Positions 10,984 through 24,272 of a DNA stretch of 64,000 bases are shown here, one piece after another. Position numbers and translations under genes: made by a program. Numbering within the stretch: position 1 is the stretch's first letter; each line of letters starts with the position of its first letter. Location of the stretch: positions 115,382,001-115,446,000 of the forward strand of contig NC_043002.1 of NCBI RefSeq assembly GCF_006345805.1, read 5' to 3'. This DNA comes from Octopus sinensis. Its lineage: Eukaryota. The notes under the pieces are model-generated. The model was given only the letters and a program-made list of their open reading frames with translations. It had not been told where the DNA came from and made no database searches.

Positions 10984-12348
10984 GTTCGTCCTTCGGTTCG
11001 AAGATGACCAACTGACATCATCTGATGGAACTGCCGCCATGAGACCTGAGGTGGCTGGTGAGGCCAATCCGGGCAAGGAAGCCCCTCCCACAGGTGGGGC
11101 AGAAGTGGGTAGGGGCCGTGCTACTGGTGCAGGCGGCTCTGGCTTTGCGCATCTGACGTTTCTGCTCCGCTGACCGAATCCGTCCCTCCTCGGCTGTCCC
11201 TGCTCCCACGGTGATTGCGCTGCGCCAGAATGAGCGGTTGGCAGCAAGTGTCTCCCAGGTCTCTGTTCCGATGGAGAAGTCTTTGAGAGAGACCTTGAGA
11301 CTATCCTTGTAGCGCTTCTTCTGCCCTCCGACTTTGCGCCTGCCCTGGCCGAGTTCACCGTAGAAGAGCTGTTTTGGGATGCGAGTGTCGGACATGCGGG
11401 AGACGTGCCCGCCCATCTCAGCTGGGCCTTGCGCATGATTGTGATGGTGCTAGGGAGATCTGCCTGCTTCAGAACTTCCGTGTCTGGGATTTTGTCCTGC
11501 CAGCGGATGTGAAGGAGGTTCCGAAGACACCTGAGATGGAAGTGGTTTATCTGGCGCTCGTGCCTTCGGTAAGCAGTCCACGTCTCGCAGCCGTATAGTA
11601 GGGTGGTAAGCACGACTGCCCGGTAGACTTTCAGCTTGGTGTTGAGGCTGATTCCTCTCCGCTCCCAGACTTTCTTTCGCAGTCTCCCAAACGCGCTGCT
11701 TGCCTTGGAGATTCTGTTGATGGTTTCAGCATCTATGTTGGCATTGCAGGAGAGAGTGCTGCCCAGGTAGGTGAAGTTTTCCACCACTCGTAGGATCCGT
11801 CTGTTCACCCTTATCTGAGGCTCATGGTATTGTTTGCCGGGGGCTGGCTGAAACATCACTTCGGTTTTCTTGGCACTGATGGTGAGACCGAAGTTGTCAC
11901 AGGCTGATGAGAACCTGTCCATCTCGAGCTGCATCTCCTGCTCATCGATTGCATTAAGGGCGCAGTCGTCAGCAAAGAGAAAGTCTCTGACGACTGTCTC
12001 CCTCACCTTTGTGACAGCCTGCAATCTCTGGAGTTGAAAAGTTTCCCGTCTGTCCTGTACTTGATGTCGATACCAGACTTGCAGTCCCTAAAGGCGTCGG
12101 ACAGCATTGCCGAGAACATGATGCTGAACAGTGTTGGGGCCAGGACACAGCCCTGCCTGACTCCGTTGGTCACCTGGAAGGCTTCAGATGAGTTGCCGTC
12201 TTCAAGGATTCTGGCTGTCATTCCGTCGTGGAACTGGCGGACAATTGCAATAAATTTGCTGGGGCAACCAAATTTTCCCATGACCTTCCATAGTCCCTCC
12301 CGACTGACTGTATCAAAGGCCTTGGTGAGGTCAACAAAGGTCATGCAG
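10984..12348 (-). mobile_element. RTE-clade LINE, 5'-truncated (RT C-terminal half), two single-base frameshifts
   Basis: FVDLTKAFDTVSREGLW, GVRQGCVLAPTLF, LFADDCAL and RMSDTRIPKQLFYGEL motifs; 3' end GGTCATCTTCGAACCGAAGGACGAAC with (ATTAT)n tail. Confidence 0.93.
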
Positions 12349-12384
12349 ATACATACATACATACATACATACATACATACTACA

Positions 12385-12417
<33 letters not shown>

Positions 12418-12907
12418 TTGTGTGGTGGGGGTGCGTGGATGTATGTAAATTTTGAAAATAATCGTAGTAAAATATTATGCAAATATAACGAAAATAATTA
12501 TATTTTACACATTTTAAGAGAAAAACCTAACGAAATATTCCCCCGGGTTCGCATTAAATGTAAACTGCTGAAAATACAAGAGACGAAAATATATCTGATT
12601 TACAAATCTATTTTATGCAATATGTATAGTAAAGTACAAAAAGCAAAAGGGCAAAAACTCGATGCCTCTACGAAAATGCGAAACATTACAGACAGCAATT
12701 ATTTTTTCTGTTTAACTGAAGCCTTTCCCACTATTTGTGTCTTATTCAACACTTTTCAATTTTAAAGACAAACGGAAACGAATTTCCTGCAACCATCTTA
12801 TTAACCCTATTCAATTTCTAGCGTCCATAAAACAGACCGTTAGTTTCTTGAAATTTTTCTCTATAGGTTGAAAAATGAATTCACGATTGATTTTTATAGA
12901 AATTCGT

Positions 12908-12951
12908 TTTGTGTGTGTGTGTTGTGTGTGTGTGTGTGTGGTGTGTGTGTG

Positions 12952-12992
<41 letters not shown>

Positions 12993-13083
12993 TGTGTGTG
13001 TGCGTGTGTGGTGTGTGTGTGTGTGTGTGAGTGTGCGTGTGTGTATGTGTGTGTGAGAGAGAGAGAGAGTGTGTGTGTGTGTG

Positions 13084-13112
<29 letters not shown>
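12908..13112. repeat. Imperfect (GT)n microsatellite
   Basis: Direct inspection. Confidence 0.95.
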
Positions 13113-13116
<4 letters not shown>

Positions 13117-14371
13117 ATATGTATTACCTGTTGTATTGTCTTGTAACAGCCTTTCTCTAAACCCATGCTGAGTTAATCGAATGACTCGTAATATATAATG
13201 GATAGGAAGAAAAAACATTAAGAAAGCAATATCTACAAATCACCGACTGGAAAATATACATTCATCTTTTCAGAAGAGAACTATATATTTTCTTTTTAAT
13301 TCCTGCCGATTTTGTTTTTAAAAACACTTGATTTTTGTTTATTTTATCATCTGTATAATCAAATATTTTCTAAACTTTAAGATTTCATTAAATACTGTTC
13401 ATATTGTTTCGTGTTGTACTTTTTTAACATCTAAAACGTTTTCTCGTTTATTTTGTTGCGGCAATGGTTAGTTTAATGGCAATAACCATAATTGTCAGTT
13501 GTTTCTAGTAAAATATTTAATGTGAAGAAATCTCGTGATCTTTTTCTTTAATTACCGGGGTATTTTTGTGAGAGATTTCTTTGCTAATACTAGGTCCTAT
13601 TTTCACTACCCCAAACCTATAATTAAAGTAATGTGGACAAGAACTCAATTTTTAGAAATATCTCGCCATTGATTTTTACGAACGTCTGAAACAAACATAA
13701 GATCAGAGGATCAACTTCCAACGAATGTATCGATATCGCTGTCAGCCTCATTAGTATCGTGAAGCATGGATTTTTATTATGATTATTGATTCTAAATTTA
13801 AATTAAGGCATGACTCGTTAATGATACGGTGATTAGTAATGAACCGTATGAAAGTTTATTTTTATATTGTTTTTTATTGATCTCTGTTAAATCGAGCTTC
13901 TTCTTTTCACTTGGTGTTTGATGGAGATGTTCTAAACCTCAAGAGTGTATTATGCTCTTCATTACTTATCCATTAAAATCTGCGAACCATACATATTTGG
14001 TTTAGATCTGATAGCATGTAATATTTTGTTGCACTTTTTTCCAGATTGACGTCAATATGTGGTTATAGAAAATGTACGAATGGAAGATTTTGTTGCAATG
14101 GAAGTTTTAAAGGAACCACCTTAGCAGGGTCATGGTCATGTAGTCACGAATAGTATAGTTTGTGATATACGCTAGTGTCAAGAAGTGGTATACTAGATTC
14201 TTTTGACTGAGGAGAGATTAGGTTTCAATGAAACAAAGGAATTACAGCAGCATAAATCCAGCCTCCGAGGAAACTTGTAATAGCAACATTTAGTCCATAC
14301 AAAACATCACAGAAGAATACGATAAGCTCAACACCAGTGAGGAGTGAATATTTTAATGTTTTGGGTTTTAC

Positions 14372-14667
14372 CTTTCGTCTGGTAGGGAGAAAAACAAAGT
14401 TCTATTGTTGCTTTGGCAAAAAATGTTGGGGTGAAGGTGTGGTATAACACGATGCAGATAGTGAGGGAAAGACTAAGAGAAAGATGATCTTCCAAGAAGT
14501 TGAGATCTTGGACTGCTGTTAGAAACAATTGTAAACGGACAGTAGTTGGGCAAGATCCTAGAAAGTTGAGCAAATATCGCTTTATGCTATTTCTTCCGAC
14601 ACTTTTCGTTTTCAGTCCAAACTCTGCCAATCCACGGCCCTTATTTTTTCTAATACAGACACAGCAC
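14372..14667 (-). CDS. Candidate coding exon (CCVCIRKNKGRGLAEFGLKT...FAKATIELCFSPYQTK)
   Basis: 296-nt open segment between acceptor CATTCCCAAATTTTAG (AG at 14669-14668) and donor AAG|GTAAAA (14371); phase 2 to 1. Only one frame is open. Confidence 0.35.
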
Positions 14668-15210
14668 CTAAAATTTGGGAATGCGAGTTAATCGATAAAA
14701 TCGACTCCGGTACATGCCTGGTACTTTATTTTATCGACCTCGGAGGTCAACTTCGACTTTCGAACATCCAGGATTGCTATATCGTTCCCGTGCGGGGCTC
14801 AGTTTAATTGATTAAGCTTCTCTCAGATTTTGGGCCTGGTGCCTTTATTAACAACAATTATTTAAAGGCGGTCGAGTGGAAGAATTAAGAATCAGACAAA
14901 ATGCCTCACGGTATTTCTTCCTGCTCTTTACGTTCTGTGATCAAATACTGTGGAGGTCAGTTTTGTCTTTCATTCTTTCGGTATCAGTGGTTTCGACTAA
15001 GCCTTCCCTTTCCAATTACTAGCCTGGGACTAAAACGAGACAGAAAACTTCGATAAGATGCGGCGCAGTGGGATCCAACTCCAAAACAGAGCTATGTGTA
15101 TGCCATTCCGTTGTGTATACATGCACACACACACACACACACACACCATACACACACACACACACGCACGCACGCACATATGTATGTAAGTTTGTATGTA
15201 CGTATATATT

Positions 15211-15591
15211 CTTTTATTCTTTTACTTGTTTCAGTTATTTTACTGCGGCCATCCTAGATCACTGCTTTGAAGAGTTTTAGTCGAACAGATTTACCCCCAG
15301 TACTAGGCTTAAAAATACTAGGCTTGTAAGTACTATGCTTAAAATTAATTTTAAGCCTAGTACTTACACAATCGGTCTTTTTGCCGAACTGTTAAGTTAT
15401 GGGAACGTAGACACACCAACACCGGTTGTCAAGGGATGATGGGGGACAAACAGACACAAATCCACTCATAAGACTTTGATCGGCCCGAGGCTATAGTAGA
15501 ACACTCTTGCAAAGGTGCCACACAGTGGGACTGAACCCGGAATCCTGTGCTTGTGAACCAAGCTTCTTACCACACAGGCACGCCTGCGCCT
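15211..15591 (-). mobile_element. SINE family B
   Basis: Head (reverse complement of ...ACCACACAGGCACGCCTGCGCC) and CORE-like segment; body matches other copies. Confidence 0.88.
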
Positions 15592-15629
15592 ATGTATGTA
15601 TGTATGTATGTATGTATGTATGTATGTAT

Positions 15630-16204
15630 TTGTCAGGTCGCTCTTGGGCGCTACTAGTAACATATAACCCAGTGCAACCTGTTTTATGGTTGGGTCGTCG
15701 GCGACTAAACTGGCAAATCCATCATATTGCTTGGTGAGGAGGGTCATTGTTGGATACCCTGCAGGACGAAAAATAAGACCTATCTAAGGGCGGAAGAGCT
15801 CATGGGCCGTCAACGGCCATCCAGCAAAATGTGTACATGTATAGGTATACATGTATGTATGCGCGGGGACGTGGAAATACCTGAGTTGGTGTCCAGACAC
15901 GCGGTTGGCTCACAGGGAGTGGGAGTCCCCTCTGTTGTTGTCACAATATTTTTCTAGGAGAGGGAATCTCTGAGAGAAAACCTGCGATTCTGACAATATT
16001 CGATGATGTAGACCAGTTCTTTATGAGTTTATGCTGGGATTGGATTTGTGCAATTCCTTTCCCCACTATAAAAACATCATCATGCACAGGCATCACTTGA
16101 AAAAAAGAGTAAGACCTACCACAAAAGTGATTGGTCGTAGCCTTCGCATATGTGGGACTTTCGATGAAGCGATGGTAATACTCGAACACGAGTTTGCAGC
16201 CATC
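15630..16204 (-). mobile_element. Unclassified insert, possibly the 3' end of a LINE, flanked on both sides by (TATG)n
   Basis: GC-richer island between (TATG)n arrays. The minus frame ends ...NIVRIAGFLSEIPSPRKIL*, loosely like LINE ORF2 C-termini. Weak. Confidence 0.3.
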
Positions 16205-16572
16205 ATGTATGCATGTATGTATGTATGTATGTATGTATGTATGTATGTATGTATGTAGGTATGTTTGTATGTATGTATGTATGCATGTATGTATGTATGT
16301 ATGTATGTATGTATGCAGGTATGTATGTATGTATGTATGTATGTATGTAGGTATGTATGTATGTATGTATGTATGTATGTATGTATGTATGTATGTATGT
16401 AGGTAGGTAGGTAGGTAGGTATGTATGTATGTATGTATGTATGTATGTATGTATGTATGTATGTATGTATGTATGTATGTATGTATGTAGGTATGTATGC
16501 ATGTATGTATGTATGTATGTATGTATGTATGTATGTAGGTATGTATGTATGTATGTATGTATGGTATGTATG
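16205..16572. repeat. (TATG)n/(TAGG)n tetranucleotide array
   Basis: Direct inspection. Confidence 0.95.
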
Positions 16573-16599
16573 TATACGTCTCAGAATTTTTGATATGTA

Positions 16600-16816
16600 T
16601 CTCTTTTACTTGTTTCAGTCATTTGACTGTGGCCATGCTGGAGCACCACCTTTAGTCGAGCAAATCAACCCCAGGACTCATTCTTTGTAAGCCTAGTACT
16701 TATTCTATCGGTCTTTTTTGCCGAACTGCTAAGTTACGGGGACGTAAGCGCACCAGCATCGGTTGTCAAGCGATGTTGGGGAACAAACACAGACACACAA
16801 ATATAGACACACACAC

Positions 16817-16825
<9 letters not shown>
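16600..16825 (-). mobile_element. SINE family B, 3' half
   Basis: TTTTACTTGTTTCAGTCATTTGACTGTGGCCATGCTGGAGCACC...GACAACC segment as in other copies. Confidence 0.88.
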
Positions 16826-16849
<24 letters not shown>

Positions 16850-16861
<12 letters not shown>

Positions 16862-17200
16862 TGAGAGTGTGTGCGTGTCTGTCTGTGTGTTTCCCTAAAA
16901 CTTGAGAACTACACAACTAATTTCATTCAAATTTTATACATGCCTTACTTAGGGTCCGGGATGTGTCATCGGCAAAAATTTTTTTTTACTTTTTGCCTAG
17001 GGCGAGCCCACAGCAATATCATATCTTCTCCACTACGATTCCCTAAAACTTGAGAACTACACAACCAATTTCATTCAAATTTTACAGATGCCTTACTTAG
17101 GGTCCATGTAGTTTCATGGGCAAAAGAAAATCTCCAACTTCTTGCCTAGGCCGAGCCCATAGCAATATCATATTTCAGTATTACGTGTTAAAAGTGAAAC
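16850..17200 (+). mobile_element. Helitron-like 5' region with two ~148-bp internal tandem units
   Basis: TATATATAAAACTGAGAGTGTGTG resembles the 5' end of the 2571-2966 Helitron (TCTATATATATAAAACTGTAGTTGTGTG). Unit TTCCCTAAAACTTGAGAACTACACAAC starts at 16891 and 17039. Confidence 0.55.
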
Positions 17201-18267
17201 AAAAACATTTCTCTATTTTATGTCAGATACTTTCACTTTAACAATAAAAATTAGAGATAATAATAACATTTGAATTATATGTAGTAAGTAATAATTAAAA
17301 TCAAACTTAGGTATAATATAATCGTAACATAACAAAAGTAAAAATAGCAATTAGTATAAAATTGCATCAATGACTTGAACTTCAATAAGTGGTTTCACAT
17401 GAATGGAAATAAATAAAAATATTTAAGTGCAGAAATGGAATAGTCCAGATGGAGCTGTGCACATACCGTTTACCACGCCTTTTACATTAGATTATCTGCT
17501 AATTAGCTAGCATTAAGTATCTATATGAAGTTTGGCTGTATGTAATGTCTGTTTTCTCGAACAGCCGCCTCTACTGAGTACTGATGTTGGTTTATTTCTT
17601 ATACATAAAGGACTATAGCTTCAACTGCGTACTGCTTTTTGATTCACCGTAAGGTTTGTTGTTATTATTATTACTGTTTAACTATTGTTATCACGTTTGT
17701 TGGTTCCTCGTAAGGGAAACATTGTTGTGTTGCATTTGTTAAATAATTGTAAACTGTAACCCTCCCACTTTGGGAGAAGGAGCTTTGGTTATTGTTTAAA
17801 AATTGAATAGTGTCCCTGTTTGGGGAAATTGACAATATTTTCACCGCTTACATGGAAGCATTTTTGTTAGAATATCTAACCAGAGGCGGTAAATTCACCA
17901 CAATAGAAGCAAGGTTGGAGTCAATGGAGCGTGCAAGGGAGTACTCGACTCGAACCTTGCAAAGTGGAAATATTTTTTTTTACCTTTATATCTGGGACGT
18001 AGGACGTCCCGGATAAAAATTTAAAATGTCCCCCCAGAAGTAGAAGTAGGCTGGATTGTAGCCACACTTCTATACAAGAGGGAGGACAAGATACAATTGA
18101 TCGAAATTGCAAGAGACGGGCCTACAATTCCAGTCTGTTATATATTTTGAGTATTGTTATCACTAGCGATATCAAGATATAACGTTGTATTTTGTATTTT
18201 ATGTGTAGATGTATATGTATAGATGTACATGTAATATGTACACATATATATACACATATATACATGC

Positions 18268-18308
18268 ACTAGCACTATGACCCGGCAACGACAGGTCATA
18301 ATGCTAGT
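18268..18308. mobile_element. 41-bp palindrome presenting a Helitron 3' terminus (hairpin + CTAG|T) on both strands
   Basis: ACTAGCACTATGACCCGGCAACGACAGGTCATAATGCTAGT. Confidence 0.55.
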
Positions 18309-18313
18309 ATATA

Positions 18314-18358
<45 letters not shown>

Positions 18359-18711
18359 TTGATACGTCGGTTGGGAGCCGTTTCTTATACTGATGAGCTT
18401 TCACAATAACGTATGAACAAATTTATTTAATGTACCTTTCTGTTGGCACTGATACAATTCCAGAGTATATCTGTGATGTTTTTCGCTATATTTTGTTATC
18501 TTGGGAGGATCTCGTAAACCAAATACAAAAGCTTTTGTGGTATATATCTATATCATCTCTTTATATGAGAATATTTTTTTTATAAGAGTAATCTCTAATC
18601 AATATATATATTATGCTTATACATATATTCATAACAGTTAGAACACCTGGAAACGGTGTGACGGATTAATTCCTCGCAACATCAATATATTCTGTAGTTA
18701 CTATATCTTTT

Positions 18712-19070
18712 ACCCTTTTACTTGTTTCAGTCATTCTATCGGTCCTTTTTGCCGAACCGCTAAGTTACAGGGACGTAAACACACCAACACCGGTTGTCAA
18801 GCAGTGGGAGGAACAAACACACACACAATGTACTTATGTATGTATGTATGTATGTATGTATGTATGTATGTATGTGTATGTATGTATGTATGTATGTATA
18901 CGATGGGTTTCTTTCAGTTGCCATCTAACAAATCCACTCATAAGGTTTTGGTTGGCCCGAGGCTATAGTAGAAGATACTTACCCAAGGTGCCATGCAGTG
19001 CGGCTGAGCCCAGAACCATGTGGTTGCGAAGCAAGCTACTTGCCACACAGTCACTCCTGTGACTTTCTGT
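18712..19070 (-). mobile_element. SINE family B
   Basis: Same head, CORE-like segment and tail as other copies; internal (TATG)n. Confidence 0.85.
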
Positions 19071-19394
19071 AGTTTGATAATTCTTCTAGGAAAACATTGG
19101 CCTTCTACCCCACAAGAAAAAGCCCTTCCGTATCAACTTCCAGTCCTACGCTTGTCATCGAGTGCTGAGTTGTATATTTTTATCCACCTCCATTTTACTG
19201 ACGGTCAGCTAAACGCTTTTCTTAACGTCTTATGATATCATGAGATTTTATAATCCCATTTTCTTTCTAATTTCTAAATAGTTTCTTTTCTCTTTACTTT
19301 CCTCCTAGCTGCTTGTTATTTTACTTTCTACTGTATATGTGCTGGCTTCCTCAAAGTCAGGAGCAAGTTCTTTGTTTCTTTCATTCTTTCTTTC

Positions 19395-19803
19395 TTTCTT
19401 TTACTTGTTTCAGTCATTTGACTGTGGCCATGCTGGAGCACCACCTTTAGTCGAGCAAATCGACCCCATGACTTATTCTTGGTAAGCCTAGTACTTATTC
19501 TATTGGCGTCTTTTGCCGAACCGCTATGTTACGGGGACGTAAATACACCAGCATCGGTTGTCAAGCAATGCTAGGGGGACAAACACAGACACACAAACAT
19601 ACACACACACATATATATATATATATACATATATACGGCGGGCTTCTTTCAGTTTCCGTCTGCCAAATCCACTCACAAGGCTTTGGTCGACCCGAGGCTA
19701 CAGTAGAAGACACTTGCCCAAGGTGCCACGCAGTGGGACTGAATCCGGAACCATGTGGTTGGTAAGCAAGCTACTTACTTACCACACAGCCACTCCTACG
19801 CCT
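19395..19803 (-). mobile_element. SINE family B, near full length
   Basis: Minus strand GGCGTAGGAGTGGCTGTGTGGTAAG...GGATTCAGTCCCACTGCGTGGCACCTTGGGCAAGTGTC; CCTTGGGCAAG resembles the CORE-SINE domain. Confidence 0.92.
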
Positions 19804-20344
19804 TTCATTCATATTTTACAACTATTTATATCAGTTTCCCTTTGTTATGCACCTTATATTTTGTAGTCCTACGCTTGATACATTATAATCGTTTTCCATT
19901 TCCAGAATACTTCCATTTGCCCGTATTTGTGCTAAATATAATGCGTCTGTGTTGGATTTTGAATGATATATTCTAAATGCAATCAATATTTTTTTTCTTA
20001 TTTGCCTTTCTAAACTTGCTGATTTACATAGCTTTTACTTGGAAATATTATAACTCATTACTGGAACAGCTACAGTATTAATGTTTAGTACCTATTTTTG
20101 TTGGGTTTTTTGTTGTTTTTTTTTTTAATTTATCCGTTTTAAGTGTTATTCTAATGCGTCTACGTTTCTTCTTTTATTTATGTACACTGTACGTTATCTA
20201 GTTCATTAATTCTTAAGTATTTATAAGTCGATGTTTCGTATAATCTGTTTTTCTGTTTCATTATCTATTAGTGTTCTTATAAATTTTTTTTTTCCAGTTT
20301 TTACTGTTACTTAGATGCATCATCTTTACCGCCATCATCATCAT

Positions 20345-20380
<36 letters not shown>

Positions 20381-20403
20381 TACCATCATTATGATTATTG
20401 TTA

Positions 20404-20792
20404 AGGCGGTGAGCTGGCAGTATCGTTAGCACGCTGAACGAAACGCTTAGCAGTATTTCGCCCGTCGCTACGTTCTGAGTTCAAATTTCGCCGAGGTCGA
20501 TTTTGCCTTTCATCCTTTCGGAATCGATAAATTAAGTACCAGTGAAACACAGGGGTCGATGTATTAGACTTGTCCCCTCCCAGTGAGCTAGCAGAATCGT
20601 TAGCGCACAGGAGAAAATGCTTAGCGGCATTTCGTCCGCATTCTGAGTTCAAATTCCGCCGAAGTCGACTTCTCCTTTTATCCATTTAGATGTAATGGTT
20701 GAGCATTGGGTCGATGCAATCGAGTATCATCCTACCCGAAATTGCTGGCCCCATGCCAAAATTTGAAACTATTATTATCCTTGTTACTACTC

Positions 20793-20827
<35 letters not shown>

Positions 20828-21040
20828 TATTATTATTATTATTCAGGACGGTGAACTGGCAGAATGGGTAGCATGTCGGGAAAATGCTTAGCAACCTTTC
20901 GTCCATCTTTAAGTTCTGAGTTCAAATTCAGCCGGGTTCTACTTTGTCTTTCATTCTTTCGGAGTCGATAAAATAAGTGCCAATTGAACACTCGCCTCTT
21001 TCTCACCCCAAATTAGAGGGCTTGTACATTTAGTAGAAAG
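20404..21040 (+). mobile_element. Three tandem SINE family A copies with (ATT)n/(CAT)n spacers
   Basis: Heads GGCGGTGAGCTGGCAG at ~20404, ~20581 and ~20846. Confidence 0.88.
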
Positions 21041-21041
21041 A

Positions 21042-21083
<42 letters not shown>

Positions 21084-21100
21084 GTTATTGTTATTATTAT

Positions 21101-21994
21101 TTTATGTTTGACTTTTGCTTTACATTTGTACAAGTTGGCTCCAAGTCTCACCCAGAGGCCTCAAGAGACAACAAGTTGGAAGTTCATGTTGGTGTTATGC
21201 CTAGGGTGCCATAAATTTGGTTTTGTACAAAGTGTTGTTCTAGAGAATGTTTAAGAAACCATAAGAAAATTGTTTTGTTTTAAAACTTGAGATTGCATAG
21301 AAAGTATTTTGTGTAGGATATGAACAGTTCCCATGAGCATTATCTTTTGAATTTCTGCCATTTTGGGGTTTCCTGGTGTCTGAGCTAGGTAGCAATCAGT
21401 CCCTTTTGCTATCATTCCCAGGGCACCTATGACAACAGGTATTGTTTTAGTCTTCAGGTTCCACATTTTGCTGATTTCTATTTCAAGATCTTTATATTTG
21501 CTCAGTTTTTGGTAGGTCTTGACAGATACGTTTATATTGATTGGGACAATCATATCAATGTGGAGGCATGTTCTTTGTCTGAAGTCTTTCAATATGATGT
21601 CTGGCCTATTTGCATCTATCTTTCTGTCAGTTTGAATGGTGAAGTTCCAGAGGAGTGAGATGTGATCATTTTCAAGCACTGGAGGTGGTTTGTGTTCCCA
21701 CCAGTCTTTATCATGGGGCAAGTCCAGGCTTTTGCAAATTACCCAGTGAATATATTGTGCAGCTCTATCATGCCTGCTGAGATACTCTGTAGGCGCTAGA
21801 AGACTGCATTTGGAGACAACATGATCAATGGTTTCATTTTGTTGTTGACATACACGACATTTTGGGCTACTGCCGTTCTTTAATATGTCAGCCTGGTAGT
21901 TCCTTGTAGGTAGGCATTAATCTTGGGCTGCTATGATAAACCCTTCTGTTTCAGATTTTAAGCCAGAGGCCATTAGCCATTGATGGGTCAGGGC
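21101..21994 (-). mobile_element. R4/Dong LINE 3' fragment (D1)
   Basis: CCHC (CRVCQQQNETIDHVVSKC) and RLE (NRPDIILKD...IDMIVP...KYKDL); (TAA)n at both ends. Confidence 0.92.
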
Positions 21995-22017
21995 TATTAT
22001 TATTATTATTATTATTA

Positions 22018-22063
<46 letters not shown>

Positions 22064-22066
<3 letters not shown>

Positions 22067-24216
22067 TAGTTTTATTTTTATAGCGTGCTTTCACTTCACT
22101 ACCGAGCGCAGCTCTGTGTGCCTTGGGTATGTGCTGTGATTTGTTGTGATGCTCTGATGGTTATTGTATGGAAAGTGTTCTGCGTAGGATGTGTGCAGTG
22201 CCTAGTAGTGCAATTTTCTGTATGTTATATGTGTTTGTAAGTCCTGGTGTTTTTGTTATGTATTTGTCTGAATATTTTTTATCATGCCTAATGCGCCTAC
22301 TATGATAGGAATTGTTTCTGTTTTCAGGTTCCACATTCTAGTTACCTCTATTTCCAGGTCTTTGTATTTTGAGAGTTTCTCCATTTCTTTTAGAGACACG
22401 TTGTCATCTGCCGGTATTGATACATCAATTAGAAAGCATTTTTTTCTTCATGATCTCTGACAACTATATCTGGTCTGTTGGCCTCAATTTCTCTATCTGT
22501 GTGTATCGGCATATCCCAGAGTATGGTTGCTTTCTCGTTTTCTGTGACCTTTTCTGGTGTGTGCCTATACCATCTTTTTTCTGTTGTTATTCCATAATGT
22601 TGGCATAGCTTCCAATGTATGTAGGTTCCAACTCTGTCATGTCTGTGAATATATTCCTTCTTAGCCAGGACTGGGCAGCTAGAGATAATATGATTTATTG
22701 TTTCTTGTCCATCTCCACATATTCTGCAGCTACTTGTAATATTTCTTTTCATTACATGTTTTTGGTCATTTCTGGTGGGGAGGCTTTGGTCTTGTGCTGC
22801 AATTAAAAATCCCTCTGTTTCTGCTTTGAGTCCTGAGCTTCTCAACCATTGCTGGGATTTTTCTTTGTCTATTTCTTTTGCGTTTAGTTTAGTGCAGTAT
22901 TTACCATGAAGGGGCTTTTCTTGCCATCGTTTTATCATGGCTTGTTGCTGTTCTATTTTTAGTTTGGATTTCATTTGTTTTATAGCTTTTGTTGTTTCTT
23001 CATCATCTTCTTCTTCTTCTTTGTGTTTATTAGGTGGTATGATTTCTTGTTTGTATTTGTCAGCTTCCTTAAATACTGAGAACAGTTTTTTGTTTTGCTC
23101 GTGTTTTGCTGCTATCTGGATCAGTTTTCCTTCCTTCTGAAGTAGGTATTTTTGCAGTCCTATGGTGGTTATTTTATAGTAGTTTTCCAGCTGTATAAGG
23201 CCTCTACCACCTTCTATACGTTGTATATATAGTCTTTCTATGTCAGATTTTGGGTGATGCATCCTAGATCCTGTCAGTATTTTTCTTGTTTTCCTATCTA
23301 TTTTGGACAGTTCATTTCGTGTCCAGTTAAGGATATTGTAGCTGTAACTTATAACTGGGACAGCTAAAGTGTTGATACCTATTATCTTGTTTTTAGCATT
23401 GAGCTCTGTTTTTAGTATTGATCTAACTCGTCTATAATATTCTTTTTTTATTTTCTCTTTCATTTGTGTGTGTTGTGTCTTATCTAGTTCATGGATTCCT
23501 AAGTATTTGTAAGTTTGGCTTTGGTCTAATTCTTTTATTTCATTGGTTTTATCTAGTGTGATGTTGTTACTCTTAACTAGTCTTCCTCTTTTCATGGTTA
23601 CTTTGGCGCATTTTTCTAATCCAAATTTCATATCTATTTCTTTGGTAAATCCATGAACTGTCTTTAATAGTGTTTCCAGCTGTTTGTCATTTGCAGCGTA
23701 TAGTTTTAGGTCATCCATATATAAAAGGTGGCTGATCGTTTTGCCGTAACATTTATATCCGCATCCAGTTCTATTTAGCATATCAGATAGAGGTGACAGT
23801 GCCAAGCAGAAAAGGAGTGGAGAGAGCGTGTCTTCCTGGAATATTCCTCTTCTAATGGGGATGTCTTTGGTTTTCATGAGTCCCTCTTTTGTTTGGAGGT
23901 GTAGGACTGTTTGCCATTTATTCATAGAGTGCTCTATGAATTTTATGATTGTTGGTGCTACATTGTTAATGGCTAGTGTTTCGAGGATCCATGTGTGGGG
24001 GATGCTATCAAACGCCTTTTTGTAGTCAATCCAGGCCATACTGAGGCCTTTCTTCTTTCTGTGGCTGTCTTCAGTTACGGCTTTATTAATCATTAGTTGA
24101 TCTTTACAGCCATATGAGCCCTTGCGGCATCCTTTCTGCTCTTCTGGGAACAGTTTGTTTTCGTCCAGGTGCTTGTTCAGCCTTTGCGATATCACTGCAG
24201 TAAATGCCTTGAACAT

Positions 24217-24218
<2 letters not shown>
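22064..24218 (-). mobile_element. R4/Dong LINE (D2), 5'-truncated, 2.15 kb
   Basis: RT motifs WIDYKKAFDSIPH, RGIFQEDTLSPLLF and LYMDDLKL; CCHC CRICGDGQETINHIISSC; RLE NRPDIVV; 3' UTR; (TAA)n at both ends. Confidence 0.95.
22161..24218 (-). pseudogene. RT-CCHC-RLE ORF of Dong D2, one -1 shift at ~22439-22445
   Basis: ORF 22429-24273 (its N-terminal poly-N is microsatellite) continues as FLIDVSIPADDNV...LRRTLSIQ* after one added A. Confidence 0.85.

Positions 24219-24270
<52 letters not shown>

Positions 24271-24272
<2 letters not shown>

Noticed and set aside
18385-18415. CTGATGAGC motif
   Set aside because: No downstream GAAA or stem II.
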